This document shows positions 57,245 through 57,565 of a DNA stretch of 57,565 nucleotides, one piece after another. The DNA lies in contig JBAUEZ010000126.1 of assembly GCA_049678885.1 (NCBI GenBank), positions 1-57,565 of the forward strand, given 5' to 3'. The notes under the pieces are model-generated. The model was given only the letters and a program-made list of their open reading frames with translations, searched no databases and was not told the origin of the DNA. Numbering within the stretch: the stretch's first letter is position 1; each line of letters opens with the position of its first letter. Position numbers and translations under genes: made by a program. This stretch comes from Candidatus Aquilonibacter sp. Its GTDB lineage: Bacteria; Vulcanimicrobiota; Vulcanimicrobiia; Vulcanimicrobiales; Vulcanimicrobiaceae.

Positions 57245-57565
57245 GCGGCGGTGATCGTTTCAATGCAGCGCTCGCGCGAGTAGGCGCGCTCGATATAGCG
57301 CGCCGCTTCGCCTTGCACGTCGAGTTCGCCGCGTTCATGCGCGTCGAGCAGCGTGCGAAGCGCGGATTCCAGTTGCTCGTAATTCTGCACGCGTGTGACG
57401 AACGGGAAGCTCTGCGTCCACAGCACGTGACGTCCATGCCCTAGCGCCTCCAGCGTCATCAGGGACAGCCCGTCGTGCGTCGTAAAGCGCACGAGCACGG
57501 TCGTTTGCGCGTAGATACGCGCAAGCGATGTTTGCCAACCAAAACGTGTCACGTTCGCGCTGGGC
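57223..57565 (-). CDS. Glycosyltransferase family 4, C-terminal part only (5' end beyond the right edge)
   Basis: ...VLVRFTTHDGLSLMTLEALGHGRHVLWT... is the E-x7-E region of a GT4. The reading frame is open to position 57565. Its 3' end overlaps the next gene by 22 nt. Confidence 0.65.
   Translation of the reverse strand, partial: PSANVTRFGWQTSLARIYAQTTVLVRFTTHDGLSLMTLEALGHGRHVLWTQSFPFVTRVQNYEQLESALRTLLDAHERGELDVQGEAARYIERAYSRERCIETITAAWEQAAS

Overview
GC-rich (roughly 60% or more by eye, not computed), densely coded bacterial chromosomal segment. I can support about 55 CDS, 7 tRNAs and one small SRP RNA. I saw no rRNA, CRISPR array, transposase or integrase. All family names come from motif recognition by eye; no database search was run.

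Layout:
- 1-12 kb: a partial EgtB-like gene that the ORF track misses; a PAS/GAF-GGDEF-EAL protein; a tight hppD-deoC-aldh string; and a homogentisate cluster (hppD, hmgA, fahA). The cluster has no recognisable maleylacetoacetate isomerase but carries an unassigned ORF coupled to fahA and a CDGSH Fe-S protein coupled to hmgA.
- 12-32 kb: housekeeping genes (SRP RNA, DUF4446, M23 peptidase, yggT, lepA, rdgB, tig-clpP-clpX), three tRNA clusters, a second GGDEF-EAL protein, a low-GC HNH-type gene overlapping tRNA-Pro, and small accessory genes.
- 32.6 kb to the right edge (at least 25 kb): a surface-glycan (O-antigen/EPS-type) locus. It holds a complete WbpA-B-D-E-I-like module (UDP-2,3-diacetamido-2,3-dideoxy-mannuronate type) and scattered PglF/DegT/LbH-type genes suggesting a second amino sugar. 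It also holds several GT4s, a GT2-GT4 fusion coupled to an ArnT/PMT-like GT-C, Wzx, a Wzy/ligase-like protein, a PglC/WbaP-type initiating transferase, a FemAB/CelD-like GNAT and an orphan LuxR-type response regulator.

Best candidate for something undescribed: a three-member family of secreted proteins (22494-24713, 43402-44577, 48523-50505). They share a roughly 390-aa C-terminal domain that I cannot assign to any named family. Two are lipoproteins with duplicated DUF5666-like modules, two sit inside the glycan locus, and one carries a G9 homopolymer directly after its lipobox cysteine.
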